Positions 11,750 to 25,334 of a stretch of 64,000 bases of DNA are shown here, one piece after another. Position 1 is the first letter of the stretch; the number at the start of each line of letters is the position of its first letter. A model generated the notes under the pieces. That model was not told the origin of the DNA and searched no databases. It saw only the letters and a list, made by a program, of their open reading frames with translations. Made by a program: the position numbers and the translations under genes. This DNA comes from Mobula hypostoma (taxonomy: Eukaryota), in the NCBI RefSeq assembly GCF_963921235.1, contig NC_086108.1, positions 89,096,001-89,160,000 on the forward strand. The letters run 5' to 3'.

Positions 11750-13140
11750 TTCTGGGCAAATGAAAAGTGGTGATGAATCAGCATACAGGAGGGAGATTGA
11801 AAATTTGGCTGAGAGGGTGACCAGATATCCACGAGCCAGTCCTCATCAGAGGATGAGGGATGGAGAGGGTTAGCAACTTTAAATTCCTGGGTGTCACTAT
11901 TTCATAGGGATTCATTCTGGACCCAACACACTAGTGCATTTGCGAAAAAAAACACAGTAGCGCCTCTACTTCCTTAGGAGTCTGCAGAGATTTGACGTGA
12001 CATCTAAAACTTCGACAAACTTCAATACATTTGAAGTGGAGAGTGTACTGACTGGCTGGACAGTGATAATGTAAGATGCTGCAGTCCTGTTACCTTTGCC
12101 TGGTGGAGGGATGGTTGACACAGGAGCTGTGTAGCCTTAGCTGTAGTGAGAACTAGGCCACAATCCTTGGGCTTTCCTGCTGCTGCAGACCTGGTGAAAA
12201 TGCAGAAGTGCTACAGTGTGGTGAGCTCGGCCAGGGCCTTCCCTTGCCCATAGATGCTGCCCCCCCCATGTTCAAGTGGTGCAATGACAGGCTTGATTGT
12301 GTGCGCCTGTGCACTGCTGGGAGTCTGTACCACTGTACCACTGACTGCCGGACATTGTTGCTCAGGGTCTTGGACCATATATATGTTTTTTTTTTGAGTG
12401 AATATGCTTCTTTGAATTTGTTACTCGCTTTTTTGAATGTTTGCTTGCTATTTTTGAATGTCTTCCACCTTGGCCCCAGAGGAACACCGTCTCATTCAGC
12501 TGTATCAAAGTATGGCTTGAATGATAATTAAACTTGATTTGATGTGATTTTGATTCACATCACTGCCTGGTATGGAAGCACCATTGTCTTTGAATGGAAA
12601 ATCCTACAAAAGGTTGTGGATTCAGCCCAGCACATCATGGGTAAAGCCCTCCCAACCACTGAGCAAACCTACATGAAATGCTATCGAGGGAAGGAGCATC
12701 CATCATCAGAGATCACTACCACCCAAGTCAGGCTCTCTTCTCACTTCTGCCATCTGATATAAAGTACAGGAGCCTCAAGATTTGTACCACAAGGGTCAAG
12801 AACAATTACTACCCTTCAACCATCAGGCTCTTGAATAAACAGGGATAACAACAATTACTTGCTCTATCATTGAGACATTTCCCACAACCAATGGTCTCAC
12901 TTTAAGCACGTTTTATCTGATTTTCTCAAGTTCTCATTATTTATTACTATTTATTTATATTTGCATTTGCACAGTTTGTTGTCTTCTGCACTCTGATTGA
13001 TCTTTCATTGATCCTGTTCCAGTTACTGTTCTGTGGATTTGCTGAGTATGCCCACAGGAAAATGAACTCAGGGTTGTATGTGGTGACATACACTGTATGT
13101 ACTATGATAATCAAATTTACTTGGAGCTTTGAAATTTGAT
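11750..13140 (+). mobile_element. Rex1/Babar fragments (interrupted at about 12060-12545)
   Basis: DESAYRREIENLAE and ITAWYG...LQKVVDSAQHIMG motifs; same family as 7200-8314. Confidence 0.7.
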
Positions 13141-13164
13141 TAATGCTCAGAAAGTCAAGTGGTA

Positions 13165-13977
13165 CATAAGAACATAAGATCATAAGAAATAGGAGCAGGA
13201 GTAGGCTATTTGCTCCATCAAGCCTGCTCTGCCATTCAATAAGGTCATGGCCTATCTGGCCATGGACTCATCTCCACCTACCTGCCTTTTCTCCGTGACC
13301 CTTAATTCCCCTACTGTACAAAAATCTATCCAACCTTGTTTTAAATATGTTTCGCCTCCACTGCTTCATTGGGCAGAGAATTCCACAGATTCACCACTCT
13401 CTAGGAAAAGCAGTTCCTCCTCATTTCCGTCCTAAATCTACTCCACCAAATCTTGAGGCTATGTCCCCTAGTTCTAGTCTCATCTGCCAGTGGAAACAAC
13501 TTTCCTGCCCCTACCTTATCTATTCATTTCATAATTTTATATGTTTCTATGAGATCTCCTCTGATTCTTCTGAATTCCAGCGAGTACAGTCGCAGGCTAC
13601 TCAATCTCTCCTCATAGTCTAACCCCCTCATCTCTGGAATCAACCTGGTGAACTTCATCTGCACTGCCTCCAAAGCCAGTATATGCTTCTTCAAGTAAGG
13701 AAACCAGAACTGCACACAGTACTCCAGGTGCAGCCTCACCAGTATCCTGTACAGTTGCAGCATAATCTCCTTGCTCTTAAATTCAATCCCTCTAGCAATG
13801 AAGGCCAACATCCCATTTGCCTTCTTGAGAGCTTGGTGCACTTGCAAACCAACCTTTTGTGATTTACACACAAGCACTCCCAAATCCCTCTGCATAGCAG
13901 CATGCTGCAGTTTTTTTTAACCATTTAAATAATAATCTGCTCTTTCATTTTTCCTTCCAAAGTAGATGACCTCACAT
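13165..13977 (-). mobile_element. CR1 LINE 3' part (continues at 16444-16580 beyond the Penelope insertion)
   Basis: ORF 13524-13895 QRDLGVLV...KKANGMLAFIARG..LEYCVQFW..RGDLIETYK; CTTATGTT-type tail repeats. Confidence 0.9.
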
Positions 13978-16443
13978 CAGTGGGGGTGGAAGGACTCTCC
14001 CACCTCCACCGATGACCCCTTCTCCCGTCTTCAACCCTCCTCCTCTTCATGGACAACCCCGCTCTGGTTTTCTGCTTTCTCTGGATCTCTTTATTGCTAA
14101 CTGCCGACGGAACATCAACCGTCTCGACTTCACCGCATCTTGTTCCCATTCCAACCTCACTCCTTCCGAACGCTGGGCTCTCCACTCCCTCCGCACTAAT
14201 CCTAACCTTACTATAAAACCCACCAATAAGGGGAGTGTTGTTGTAGTCTGGCGTACTAACCTCTACCTTGCTGAGGCACAGCGACAAATAGTGGATACCT
14301 CCTCTTATTTACCCCTCGATTTTGACCCCACTGAGGAGCACCAGGCCATTGTCTCCCACACCATCACCAACTTTATCCGCTCAGGGGATCTCCCATCCAC
14401 TGCTACCAACCTTATAGTTCCCACACCTCACACTTCCCGTTTCTACCTCCTACCCAAGATCCACAAACCTGCCTGTCCTGGCAGACCTATTGTCTCAGCT
14501 TGCTCCTGCCCCACTGAACTCGTTTCTGCATACCTCGACACGGTTTTATCCCCCCTTGTTCAATCCCTTCCTACCTATGTTTGTGGCACTTCTCACGCTC
14601 TTAAACTTTTCGATGATTCTAAGTTCCCTGGCCCCCACCGTTTTATTTTCACCATGGATTTCCAGTCCCTATATACTTCCATTCCCCCTCAGGAAGGTCT
14701 CAAAGCTCTACGCTTCTTTTTGGATTCCAGACCTAATCAGTTCCCCTCTACCACCACTCTGCTCCGTCTAACGGAATTAGTCCTTACTCTTAATAATTTC
14801 TCCTTTGGCTACTCCACTTCCTCCAAACTAAAGGTGTAGCTATGGGCACCCGTATGGGTCCTAGCTATGCCTGCCTTTCTGTTGGTTTTGTGGAACAATC
14901 TATGTTCTGTACCTATTCTGGTATCTGTCCCCCACTTTTCCTTCGCTACATTGACGACTGCATTGGCGCTGCTTCCTGCATGCATGCTGAGCTCGTTGAC
15001 TTTGTTAACTTTGCCTCCAACTTTCACCCTGCCTCAAGTTTACTTGGTCCATTTCCGACACCTCCCTCCCCTTTCTAGATCTTTCTGTCTCTATCTCTGG
15101 AGACAGCTTATCCACTGATGTCTACTATAAGCCTACTGACTCTCACAGCTATCTGGACTATTCCTCTTCTCACCCTGTCTCTTGCAAAAATGCCATCCCC
15201 TTCTTGCAATTCCTCCGTCTCTGCCGCATCTGCTCTCAGGATGAGGCTTTTCATTCCAGGACAAGGGAGATGTCCTCCTTTTTTAAAGAAAGGGGCTTCC
15301 CTTCTTCCACCATCAAATCTGCTCTCAAACACATCTCCCCCATTTCACGCACATCTGTTGTCACTCCATCCTCCCGCCACCCCACTAGGAATAGGGTTCT
15401 CCTGGTCCTCACCTACCACCCCACCAGCCTCCGGGTCCAACATATTATTCTCTGTAACTTCCACCACCTCCAACGGGATCCCACCACTAAGCACATCTTT
15501 CCCTCCCCCCCCCCGCTTTCCGCAGGGATCGCTCCCTTTGCGACTCCCTTGTCCATTCGTCCCCCCCATCCTTCCCCACTGATCTCCCTCCTGGCACTTA
15601 TCCTTGTAAGCGGAACAAGTGCTACACATGCCCTTACACTTTCTCCCTTACCACCATTCAGGGCCCCAGACAGTCCTTCCTGGTGAGGCGACACTTCACC
15701 TGTGAGTCGGCTGGGGTGATATACTACATCCGGTGCTCCCGATGTGGTCTTCTATATATTGGCGAGACCCGACGCAGACTGGGAGATCGTTTTGCTGAAC
15801 ACCTACGCTCTGTCCACCAGAGAAAGCAGGATCTCCCAGTGGCCACACATTTTAGTTCCACAACCCATTCCTATTCTGACATGTCTATGCACAGCCTCCT
15901 CTGCTGTAAAGATGTAGCCACACTCAGGTTGGAGGACCAACACCTTATATTCCGTCTGGGTAGCCTCCAACCTGATGGCATGAACATTGACTTCTCCAAC
16001 TTCCGCTAATGCCCCACCTCCCCCTCGTACCCCATCCATTATTTATTTTTATACACACATTCTTTCTCTCACTCTCCTTTTTCTCCCTCTGTCCCTCTCA
16101 CTATACCCCTTGCTCATCCTCTGGGTTCTCCCCCCCCCCCCACTTGTCTTTCTTCCTGGGCCTCCTGTCCCATGATCCTCTCATATCCCCTTTGCCAATC
16201 ACCTGTCCAGCTCTTGACTCCATCCCTCCCCCTCCTGTCTTCTGCTATCATTTTGGATCTCCCTCTCCCCCTCCCACTTTCAAATCTCTTACTAACTTTT
16301 CCTTCAGCTAGTCCTGACGAAGGGTCTCGGCCTGAAACGTCAACTGTACCTCTTCCTAGAGGTGCTGCCTGGTCTGCTGCGTTCACCAGCAACTTTGATG
16401 TGTGTTGCTTGAATTTCCAGCATCTGCAGAATTCCTGTTGTTT
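13978..16443 (+). mobile_element. Penelope-like element copy 2 (longest; frameshifted RT + GIY-YIG)
   Basis: ORFs 14012-14839, 14842-15078 (RYIDD), 15204-15686, 15683-16009 (VIYYIRC..CGLLYIGETRR); TSD GACCTCACAT at 13968-13977 and 16444-16453. Confidence 0.95.
16309..16346 (+). ncRNA. Minimal hammerhead ribozyme (one stem I mismatch)
   Basis: TAGTC-CTGACGA-AGGGTCTCGGCCT-GAAAC-GTC^AACTG. Confidence 0.75.
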
Positions 16444-16619
16444 GACCTCACATTTACTGACATTGTACTCCATCTGCTAGACCCTTGCCCACTCAGTTAA
16501 CCTATATATATCTCTCTGCAGACTTGCTGTATCTTCTGCACAGTTTGCTTTTCCACTCAATTTAGCATCATCAGCTAAAATCAGTTTAGAGAAAAAACAA
16601 AGGACATGTGCAGCCCCAA

Positions 16620-19480
16620 CTATAGCGTAATGTCGGTAAAATATAAATTAGGATGCATGAGAGAACTTTAATCTTCTGGGCAGACCAAATTAACAGTGGT
16701 AATGTAGAAGTCAAGTTCATAGAATGAATAACAGATCATTTCCTGGAACAATGTGTTGGGAAGACATTGAAGGAAGAGATACTTCAAGATCTAATATTAT
16801 GCAGTGTGAGTATTAATTCATAATCTAGCTGTTAAAAACACTTAGGGTAGACTGATCATGATATAATCAGCATATAAAATCTGAAGCTATGTTTGCCATG
16901 AAGGTATAAGGCACAAGCTGTCCATGGGATACTGTCATTATGTTAAAAGATATGACAGCGTACAATTAGTTGCTACCATTAAAATAGTTAATAATTTACA
17001 ATCCACATCTCTTTAAGGCAGCCAATAGGAAAAGCAGTTCAACCTTGGCTAAGGAGAGAAATTTAAAAGTATTAAAAAATCAAAGGAAAGTTTTTATATT
17101 GTTGCTAAAAAGCATTATAAACGTGGGGATTGGGAAAATTCAAATATGCACCAAAACATTGATAAGGAAAGTGAAAATATAATATGGAAATAATCTTGCA
17201 AGAATATTAAAAAAGATTGTAAAAGCTTCTTTGGATATACAGTATAATGGGGAAAAAAGTTAATGTTTGTGTTTCATAGTATGAGAGAGGAAAAGTTAGA
17301 TTATGGAATAAGGAAATGGCAGAAGTTCTAACTAAATATTTTATTTCTCTTTTCATGGAATAAGGCACAGACAACCTTTCAGAAATATTGGAAAACAAGT
17401 GCTTTGAGATGGAATGAGGAAACAAAAGCAATTAGCATTAACAAAAAATGGAGAAATTAATTGGTAAATTATTAGGATTTGACGAGCTTTATTCCAAGGG
17501 TTAAAGGTTCATATCGAGATGGTAGTTGAGCTAGGTTCAAAGGGTCAAAGATTCATTTATTATCGAAGTACACAACTCTAAAATTTTTCAATTCTCCAGT
17601 AGTTGTGAAACCAAGAAATAAAAGAAAAGCAGTATGATCATCAAACCGGAAACCCCACCTCCAATCAAAAAGAAGAAGAAAAATGGAACAGGTACTTCAG
17701 CCCCCAAATCCCTCCTCCCACTCAAAAAAACAAACAAACTGGATCAGGCACATTGCCCCCAAATCTGTCTTCCTGTACAAAAAAATGAACAAAACAGATC
17801 AGGCACATCAACCTCAAATCCCCTCCCCGCACAAAAAAAACGAGAAGATTGGGCGAGAAAACACAAAATATAAAAACTATGAGACTGAAAAAAAAAAGAG
17901 TCTATAGTCCAAGTCTGCATCCAAAATGCAGAAAACTCCTGGGCACCAGTTGCCAGGCAGTGTGACAGGCTCTCCCCTCTCCAGTACACAGCAACCAATC
18001 AAAAGGCAAGCAGCCTGTGCTCACCCTCTGCACTTGCTTTGATGATTCATTCTCCCTTGAATCTTTAATTGGCGAACAATGGAAGCTTTAATCAGCAAAA
18101 TGGAGCCAGACATCGTCTGGCACCCTATCTTGCAGCCTGCCTGCCATTAGGCTCGCATACACTGCCTCTGCCTCTGGGAATCCTCTTTGAGACTGCCGAG
18201 CACTGAAGTACCCAAACTTTCTCTAAACAGCAAAACAGAAACTCCAACAGTTCCAGAATCACATTCAAGATGAGAAACAAACGTAAAAAACATTTAAAAA
18301 GTGAGGAAGACGGTTTCATGATCTATCCAGAAGATGCCAACTAAAGGAGAGCTATATGCAGGTGTCATCTTGAACTCAGCTCTATCTTCCAAATTGTCAT
18401 ATATTTTAGAACTGCCCCCACAGATTAGAAGGTAGCCACTGAAAGAATATAGGAAGTTATATACCAGTTAGTTTGGTATCAACTGGAGGGGAAAGGCTAT
18501 AATCTATTTATCAGTAAATGATAGCTTGGCTCTTAAAGATAATAATAATAAGACTGAATCAACATGAATTATGAAAAGAAATTCTAGATATACAGATAAA
18601 GAGGAATGTACTTTTCACAATCTGTTTCAATGATTCGGATGCATAAATTAAATTTAATATATCCAAGTTTGGTGATACCATGAAGACGAGTTGCTGTATG
18701 GGTTGTAAGGAGGACATTGACTGGATTTAGAAGGACATTAACATGAGAATGGATAAGAGAAGGCAGATAAATTGTGAAGTAGAAAAATGTGGGATCATCC
18801 TTTTTGGTGCAAAAAAGTAGAAAAACAGTTCCTTTCTGTAAATATTGGGACGTTAAAAGTTGCTGGTGTTCAGAAAATCTGAGTGACTCATATACAAAAC
18901 ACAAGAAGTTAGCATGCTAGTAGAGTATTCAACTAGAAAGGCAAATGGTATTATGGACTTCAATGTAATGAGATGTGGGGAAAGGATTCTTACTGCATTT
19001 ATATAGATACTTCAGGGACTGCACTAGAATAGAGTGCTTTCTGTACCAAATGAAGCACACGATTGCAATAGTTGGGAAACTCAAGGTTAACTAGAATGAA
19101 GGTTGTCCGATAAGGAGAGATTAAGCTCTGGTGATTAAATGAATGAGAGGTGATCTCAGCAAACATGCAAAAATCCTATGGTCTTTAATGAGGTAAATGC
19201 AGAGAAGATATGTCTAAGGTGTCTAAGCTGAAGATGAAGGCCCTTTCGCTAAGCATAGTCAAGAGAGGAGAGATTTGATACATTACCTGCTCAAAGGTTA
19301 TTGCACAAAATATAGGCTCATAGTATTGGAAGTAACAATTGTTGTAGACAGAAGATTAGCTGGTCCATAGGAAAAAGGAAGGATACATAAAAAAGATCTT
19401 TCTCTGGTTGGGAAGACATAACTAGATGATTCACAGGGATCAGTGTTGCGGCGCAGTATTTTACAGGTTCTGTCTGTGAC
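16620..19480 (+). mobile_element. Very old AT-rich CR1 ORF2 remnants, interrupted by a minus-strand element at about 17540-18375
   Basis: Degenerate similarity to CR1 ORF2 at 61100-64000 and to CR1 3' regions. Confidence 0.5.
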
Positions 19481-19899
19481 TTAGATGAAACTTCAAAAGA
19501 TTATTTAAAATTAGCTTTATTTGTCACATGTATCCTATGACCATTAGACATAGAAGCAAAATTAGGCCATTTGGGCCATTGAGTCTGCTCGCCATTCCAT
19601 CATGGCTGATTTATTCTCTTTCTCAAACCCATTCTCCTGCCTTCTCCCCATAACCTTTGACATCCTGACCAATCAAGAACCAATCAAAACTTTGCTTAAA
19701 ATATACCCAATGACCTGGCTTCCATAGTTGCCTGTACATCGAAGTGTCAATACATACAGTGAAATGCATCGTTTTACATCAGTGACCAACACAGTTTGAG
19801 GATGTGCTGGGGTCAAGTGTCAGCATACTTCTGGCACCAACGTAGCATGCCCACAACTTACTAACTCCAACCCGTATGTCTTTGGAATGTGGAAGGAAA

Positions 19900-20235
19900 C
19901 TGATCCTGTGGATAGCCTGAGGCTTTTTCCCAGGGCTGAAATGGCAAACACAAAGGAGCGTATTTTTAAGGTGCTTGGAAGTAGGTACAAGGGGGATTTC
20001 GGAGGTAAGTTTTTCACACAGAGAGTGGTGGGTGCGTGGAATGCACTGCCAGTGATGGTGGGGATACAGTAGGGACTTTTAAGAGCCTCTTTGATAGGTA
20101 CATGGAGTTTAGAAAAACAGGGGGGTATGCAGTAGGGAAATTCTAGACAGTTTCTAGAGTAGGTTACATGGTCTTCACAACAACATGGGCTGAGGGGCTG
20201 TAATGTGCTGTAGATCTCTATGTTCCATGTTCTAT
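19900..20235 (+). mobile_element. CR1 3' end
   Basis: LFPRAEMANT...FFTQRVVGAWNALP motif; TATGTTC tail. Confidence 0.8.
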
Positions 20236-20406
20236 GAAGAATTTGGCAGAAACCCAATGGTTACGGGGACGGAATTGTTGCTAAATTTACAGAAGGGAGG
20301 AGATTAAGTTGTGAAGAAGACACAAGGAGAACATGTTGAAGGTGCGGGCAAAGGTTTAGCGAAACCTGAAGCTGCAAGGAAGACTAAAAAAGGAACATAT
20401 TATGAA

Positions 20407-20960
20407 TGTAATGGCTTCTTTGTAATGTTCACTGCTGGGGTAATGGTTTCTCTGTGGCAGCAATGTTTGGGTTATGGCTAGAGGTAACAGGGCTTTGGAA
20501 TGCAGGGGTTAGCCAATGAGGAAATGTTGTTCTTTCTTCTGTGTCTTGGAGCCGGGCTTTTCGCAGTCTTTTGTCGAGGAGAGATGAAGAGGGAAGACAC
20601 ATGTGGAGAGAGCTGGTGGACCACCGGACGGAGTGGACTGGGATCTGAGGGTCCGAAGGTCGGCGACGTTCAGAGGAGACCGATGGTGGAAGAATGACTA
20701 TGTGAGATCCAACGTGATTCTCACTTGACTTGGGTCCTTTCTGCTTTTGTTTATTTTCATTACTAACTCTATATTCAGATTAAGATTCATAAAGTTCTGT
20801 CATTTAATTGCATATGGTGTACTGTCTGATATTTTGTGTTGTGGGTTTGTAACTGGGGGTACATTATACAGCATCGACACAAATGTGATTACCCAGTCTG
20901 GCGAGGCCGAAAGCTGATACTCCTAGATGAACACAAGCTGGGCGAGCCTGAGGGTTTACA
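20407..20960 (+). mobile_element. Probable solo LTR, about 554 bp
   Basis: TGTAA...TTACA termini; near-TSD TGAA/TAAA; interrupts an old CR1 fragment. Confidence 0.6.
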
Positions 20961-21140
20961 TAAAGAAAGCGTGATTGCATAACTGTGAAATGCAGAAGGA
21001 TATAGATATCTTAGTTCATCATCACCAAATTCTAGTGTCAAGGAAGGCCAAGGAATTAAGAAAGTTAAAAGAATTCTATTTATTATTGCCAGAGGATCTG
21101 AATACAAAAATAGGGAGCTCAGTTCATACTTCACTGGCGC

Positions 21141-21507
21141 TCATAGAAACATAGAAACGTAGAAAACCTACAGCACAATACAGGCCCTTCGGCCCACAAT
21201 ACTGTGCCAAACATGTACTCACTTACAAATTACCTAAGGTTACCTATAGCCCTCTATTTTACTAAGCTCCATGTACCTATCCAGGAGTCTCTTAAAAGAC
21301 CCTATCGTATCCACCCCCACCACTGTCGCTGGCAGCCCATTCCATGCACTCACCACCCTCTGCGTAAAAAAATTACCCTGACATCTCCTCTGTACCTACT
21401 TCCAAGCACCTTAAAACTGTGCCCTCTCATGTTAGCCATTTCAGCCCTGGGAAAAAGCCTCTGACTATCCACATGATCAATGCCTCTCATCATCTTATAC
21501 TCCTCTA
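21141..21507 (-). mobile_element. CR1 3' end
   Basis: (ATAGAAAC)n tail; antisense to the same family as 19900-20235. Confidence 0.8.
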
Positions 21508-22431
21508 TCAGTGGCCACTTTATTAGGAGGTCCCGAATAAAATGGCCACTGAGTATTTATAGGGTATTGGTGAGACCTAATTTAGAGTTCTGGTAAGTAG
21601 GATACTCTCCAGTGTGCACTTATAGAAGTTTTTCAAAGATTTTGTGACATGCTAAATTCAACATAAAATTCTAAGAGAGTGCGGGGGGGGGGGGGGGTTG
21701 ACATGCTTCATTTGTGATAACACTTAAGTTCTGGTCCCAGATGCCTCCAGATCTCTATGTTAATATTTCAGGTTACAGTAACACCTTCATTTAGATGTCC
21801 TGTGGTTATTTGTGATTAATGCATCCCTCTAAATTTAGCTTTACAAACAATAAAAGCAGCTCATTACTGTCTGATAACTATTCACCTAAAGCCTAGTTCC
21901 ACCCTCAGAAAGTACAGGGAGATCTCCATTCTTCTATGCAGACCAGATCAAGCTGAACCTCAATTAAATTAAGCTGCACAGTGAGAGTATCTTCAAGGAC
22001 ATTGCTGGCATATATTTTAACAAGATAAGACACAAGATATTTGCAGTCCTTCTCCACAATTGGTGAAGAATATGCAAACAACATTCAGCTGTGATATAGA
22101 AGATATACACCCTAGTCATCACTAAAATCACTTTGCAATACTCTTAAAGTCACATTCTGATAAAGAGAGGGCTCCAGGATTTTGACCCAAAAATAGTGAA
22201 ATAATGCAATATATTTCCAAATCAGGATGGTGGGTGATTTTGAAAGTACTTCTCTTTTGCTTGTTGCCTTTATCCTTTTAGGTTACAGATATTATAGGTT
22301 TATGAATGAAAGTTGATACAGAAGTATATACTAATCATAGATCATTAGACATAATTGAATGAATTATCGTGTCTTGCACTAACTTTTCATTGTAAGAGTA
22401 AACAGTTCAAACTTGACAACACTGAATGAAC

Positions 22432-22760
22432 ACGAGAAAGTCTGCAGATGCTGGAAATCCAAAGCAACACACACAAGATGCTGGAGGAACTCAGCAGGTC
22501 AGGCAGCATCCATGGAAATGAGTAAACAGCCAACGTTTCATGCTGAGACCCTTCATCAGGACGGGAAAAGAAGTGGGAAAGTCAGAATAAGAAGGTGGGG
22601 GGAGGGGAAGAGGAAGTACAAGGTGGCGAGTGTTAGGTGAGACCGAGAGAGGGAGAGTGGGTGAAGAGAAGAGCTGGGAAGTTGGTTGGTGAAAGAAATA
22701 AAGGGCTGGAGTAGGGGAAATCTGATAGGAGAGGACAGAAGACCATGAAGGGGGAGGAGA
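22432..22760 (-). mobile_element. Penelope-like 3' tail (older subfamily) with decayed hammerhead at 22527-22564
   Basis: Minus strand CCGTC-CTGATGA-AGGGTCTCAGCAT-GAAAC-GTT-GGCTG then GATGCTGCCTGACCTGCTGAGTTCCTCCAGCA. Confidence 0.8.
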
Positions 22761-24209
22761 CGGAATAAAACAACACAACTGACTTGGAACACAGATCAAA
22801 GTTGCTTGAATTTCCAGCAGCTGCAGAATTCCTCATGTTTACAACTGACTTGGGACAGTCAGACCTTTGGGTAATGCTTTATGATCATTATGCATCACAA
22901 AGACATGGCTAGATAGATAATGTGTTTTACTGTGATTTGAAATAGTAATTGCTAATGTAGGTTTAAAAATGCCATGAAGTGACAGTGATGAACAGTCAGC
23001 TCCAATAAATGATCTCTTCACTCTATCCTCTGAAAAAAATGAATTGGTTCAGATCTTGTGTTAACTTATAAGCAATGAAATGCTGACAGCCAGTATAACA
23101 CATCATTCTGAGAAATTTATAGAAAACAGATTTCACTAGAAACTATCTTCACCCAGAAAATGCCTGAACGTTTTGTTTTTTTCCCTGTGCACATCATAGG
23201 GAGCAGTAAACTGTTCGGAAAACAGCACTGTGGAACAACACAGCTGGCAGTAGGACAGAGCCCTACAATTTATGTGCTTGCCTCTGTGTCGCTGGAACAG
23301 ACTTTCAGTGAAGGCTGCAATTTTGCTGCCAGTCTTAAAGGACATGAACTGGTGGTGGTAACATTATCTGAGGAACTCATTCGATTCAAAATGCAGCAAT
23401 GTCCATGTCACATTTTTCTTTTTACGAATGGAGAAAGGGAGACCCTGAACCATCTAGGTGCCAACAAGTAGCTGGAAGCTTGATGAAACCACAATGCAAC
23501 CTCTAAACTTGGTAATTTGCTTGGCCAAGCAATTATGTTGTAGCACTTGAAAGACTGAGAATTGCAGACAAACAAGGAGGAGAGCATATTTGTTTTTCTG
23601 TAGCAAACAAAGCAGCCACAGAATCCCCATTCCTTTGGCTGTGATACTCTCCAGGCAGTGGCCAGTGAATGGCACCACTGTGCACCCTGGAAACCAATGC
23701 AGCAAGATTAACAGACACCACATTATTTATAGCAGGCTGTAAGGCGTTTCATAACTTAGTTGTTTAAATAATGAAAACAATTAAAAAGAGATGCAACAGA
23801 GCATTTGTAAATTTATTTGTTTATTGAGATACATCGCAGAACAGGCTCTTCCGGCCCTTCAAGCTGAGCCGTCCGGCAACCCCCCACTTAACCCTAGCCT
23901 AATCACAGGATAATTTGCAATGACTAATTAACCTACCAACCAGTACTCCTTTGGACTACAAGAGGAAACCGGAGCACCTGGAGAAAATCAACACTTTCCA
24001 CGGGGAGGACGCACAGACTCATTACAAATGACGTCAAAATTGAACTCTGACGTCTGACGCCCTGATCTGTAATAGCGTTGTGCTAACCGCTACGCTACCG
24101 TGAAGCCCCAAAATGGATGAACGTCAGAAACGAAATTCCTTTGCAATCTGCAACAAAAACAGAGAATACCAGATTGTAATTAATCTATGCCTGCCTTTTT
24201 GTTGGGTTT

Positions 24210-25334
24210 GTGGAACAATCTATGTTCCGTGCCTATTCTGGTATCTGTCCCCCACTTTTCCTTCGCTACATCGACGACTGCATTGGCGCTGCTTCCTGCA
24301 CGCATGCAGAACTCGTTGAATTTATTAACTTTGCCTCCAACTTTAACCCTGCCCTCAAGTTTACCTGGTCCATTTCCGACACCTCCCTCCCCTTTCTAGA
24401 TCTTTCTGTCTCTGTCTCTGGAGACAGCTTATCCACTGATGTCCACTATAAGCCTACTGACTCTCACAGCTATCTGGACTATTCCTCTTCTCACCCTGTC
24501 TCTTGCAAAAACGCCATCCCCTTCTCGCAATTCCTCCGTCTCCGCCGCATCTGCTCTCAGGATGAGGCTTTTCACTTTAGGACAAGGGAGATGTCTTCCT
24601 TTTTTAAAGAAAGGGGCTTCCCTTCCTCCACTATCAACTCTGCTCTTAAACGCATCTCCCCCATTTCACGTACATCTGCTCTCACTCCATCCTCCCGCCA
24701 CCCCACTAGGAATAGGGATCCTCTGGTCCTCACCTACCACCCCACCAGCCTCCGGGTCCAACATATTATTCTCCGTAACTTCCACCACCTCCAACGGGAT
24801 CCCACCACTAAGCACATCTTTCCCTCCCCCCCTCTCTCTGCATTCCGCAGGGATCGCTCCCTACGCAACTCCCTTGTCCATTTGTCCCCCCCATCCCTCC
24901 CCACTGATCTCCCCACTGGCACTTATCCATGTAAGCGGAACAAGTGCTACACATGCCCTTACACTTCCTCCCTTACCACCATTCAGGGCCCCAAACAGTC
25001 CTTCCAGGTGAGGCAACACTTCACCTGTGAGTCAACTGGGGTGATATACTGCGTCCGGTGCTCCCGATATGGCCTTTTATATATTGGCGCGACCCGACGC
25101 AGACTGGGAGACCGCTTTGCTGAACATCTACGCTCTGTCCGCCAGAGAAAGCAGGATCTCCCAGTGGCCACACATTTTAATTCCACATCCCATTCCCATT
25201 CTGACATGTCTATCCACGGCCTCCTCTACTGTAAAGATGAAGCCACACTCAGGTTGGAGGAACAACACCTTATATTCCGTCTGGGTAGCCTCCAACCTGA
25301 TGGCATGAACATCGACTTCTCTAACTTCCGCTAA
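24210..25334 (+). CDS. Penelope-like RT C-terminal half plus GIY-YIG endonuclease (374 aa, 5'-truncated transposon ORF)
   Basis: RYIDD, LPFLD, YKPTDSHSYL, CxxxxCxxC linker, VIYCVRC..YGLLYIG.TRRRLGDRFAEH, VATHFN, EEQHLI..LGSLQPDGMN. Confidence 0.9.
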   Translation: MEQSMFRAYSGICPPLFLRYIDDCIGAASCTHAELVEFINFASNFNPALKFTWSISDTSLPFLDLSVSVSGDSLSTDVHYKPTDSHSYLDYSSSHPVSCKNAIPFSQFLRLRRICSQDEAFHFRTREMSSFFKERGFPSSTINSALKRISPISRTSALTPSSRHPTRNRDPLVLTYHPTSLRVQHIILRNFHHLQRDPTTKHIFPSPPLSAFRRDRSLRNSLVHLSPPSLPTDLPTGTYPCKRNKCYTCPYTSSLTTIQGPKQSFQVRQHFTCESTGVIYCVRCSRYGLLYIGATRRRLGDRFAEHLRSVRQRKQDLPVATHFNSTSHSHSDMSIHGLLYCKDEATLRLEEQHLIFRLGSLQPDGMNIDFSNFR

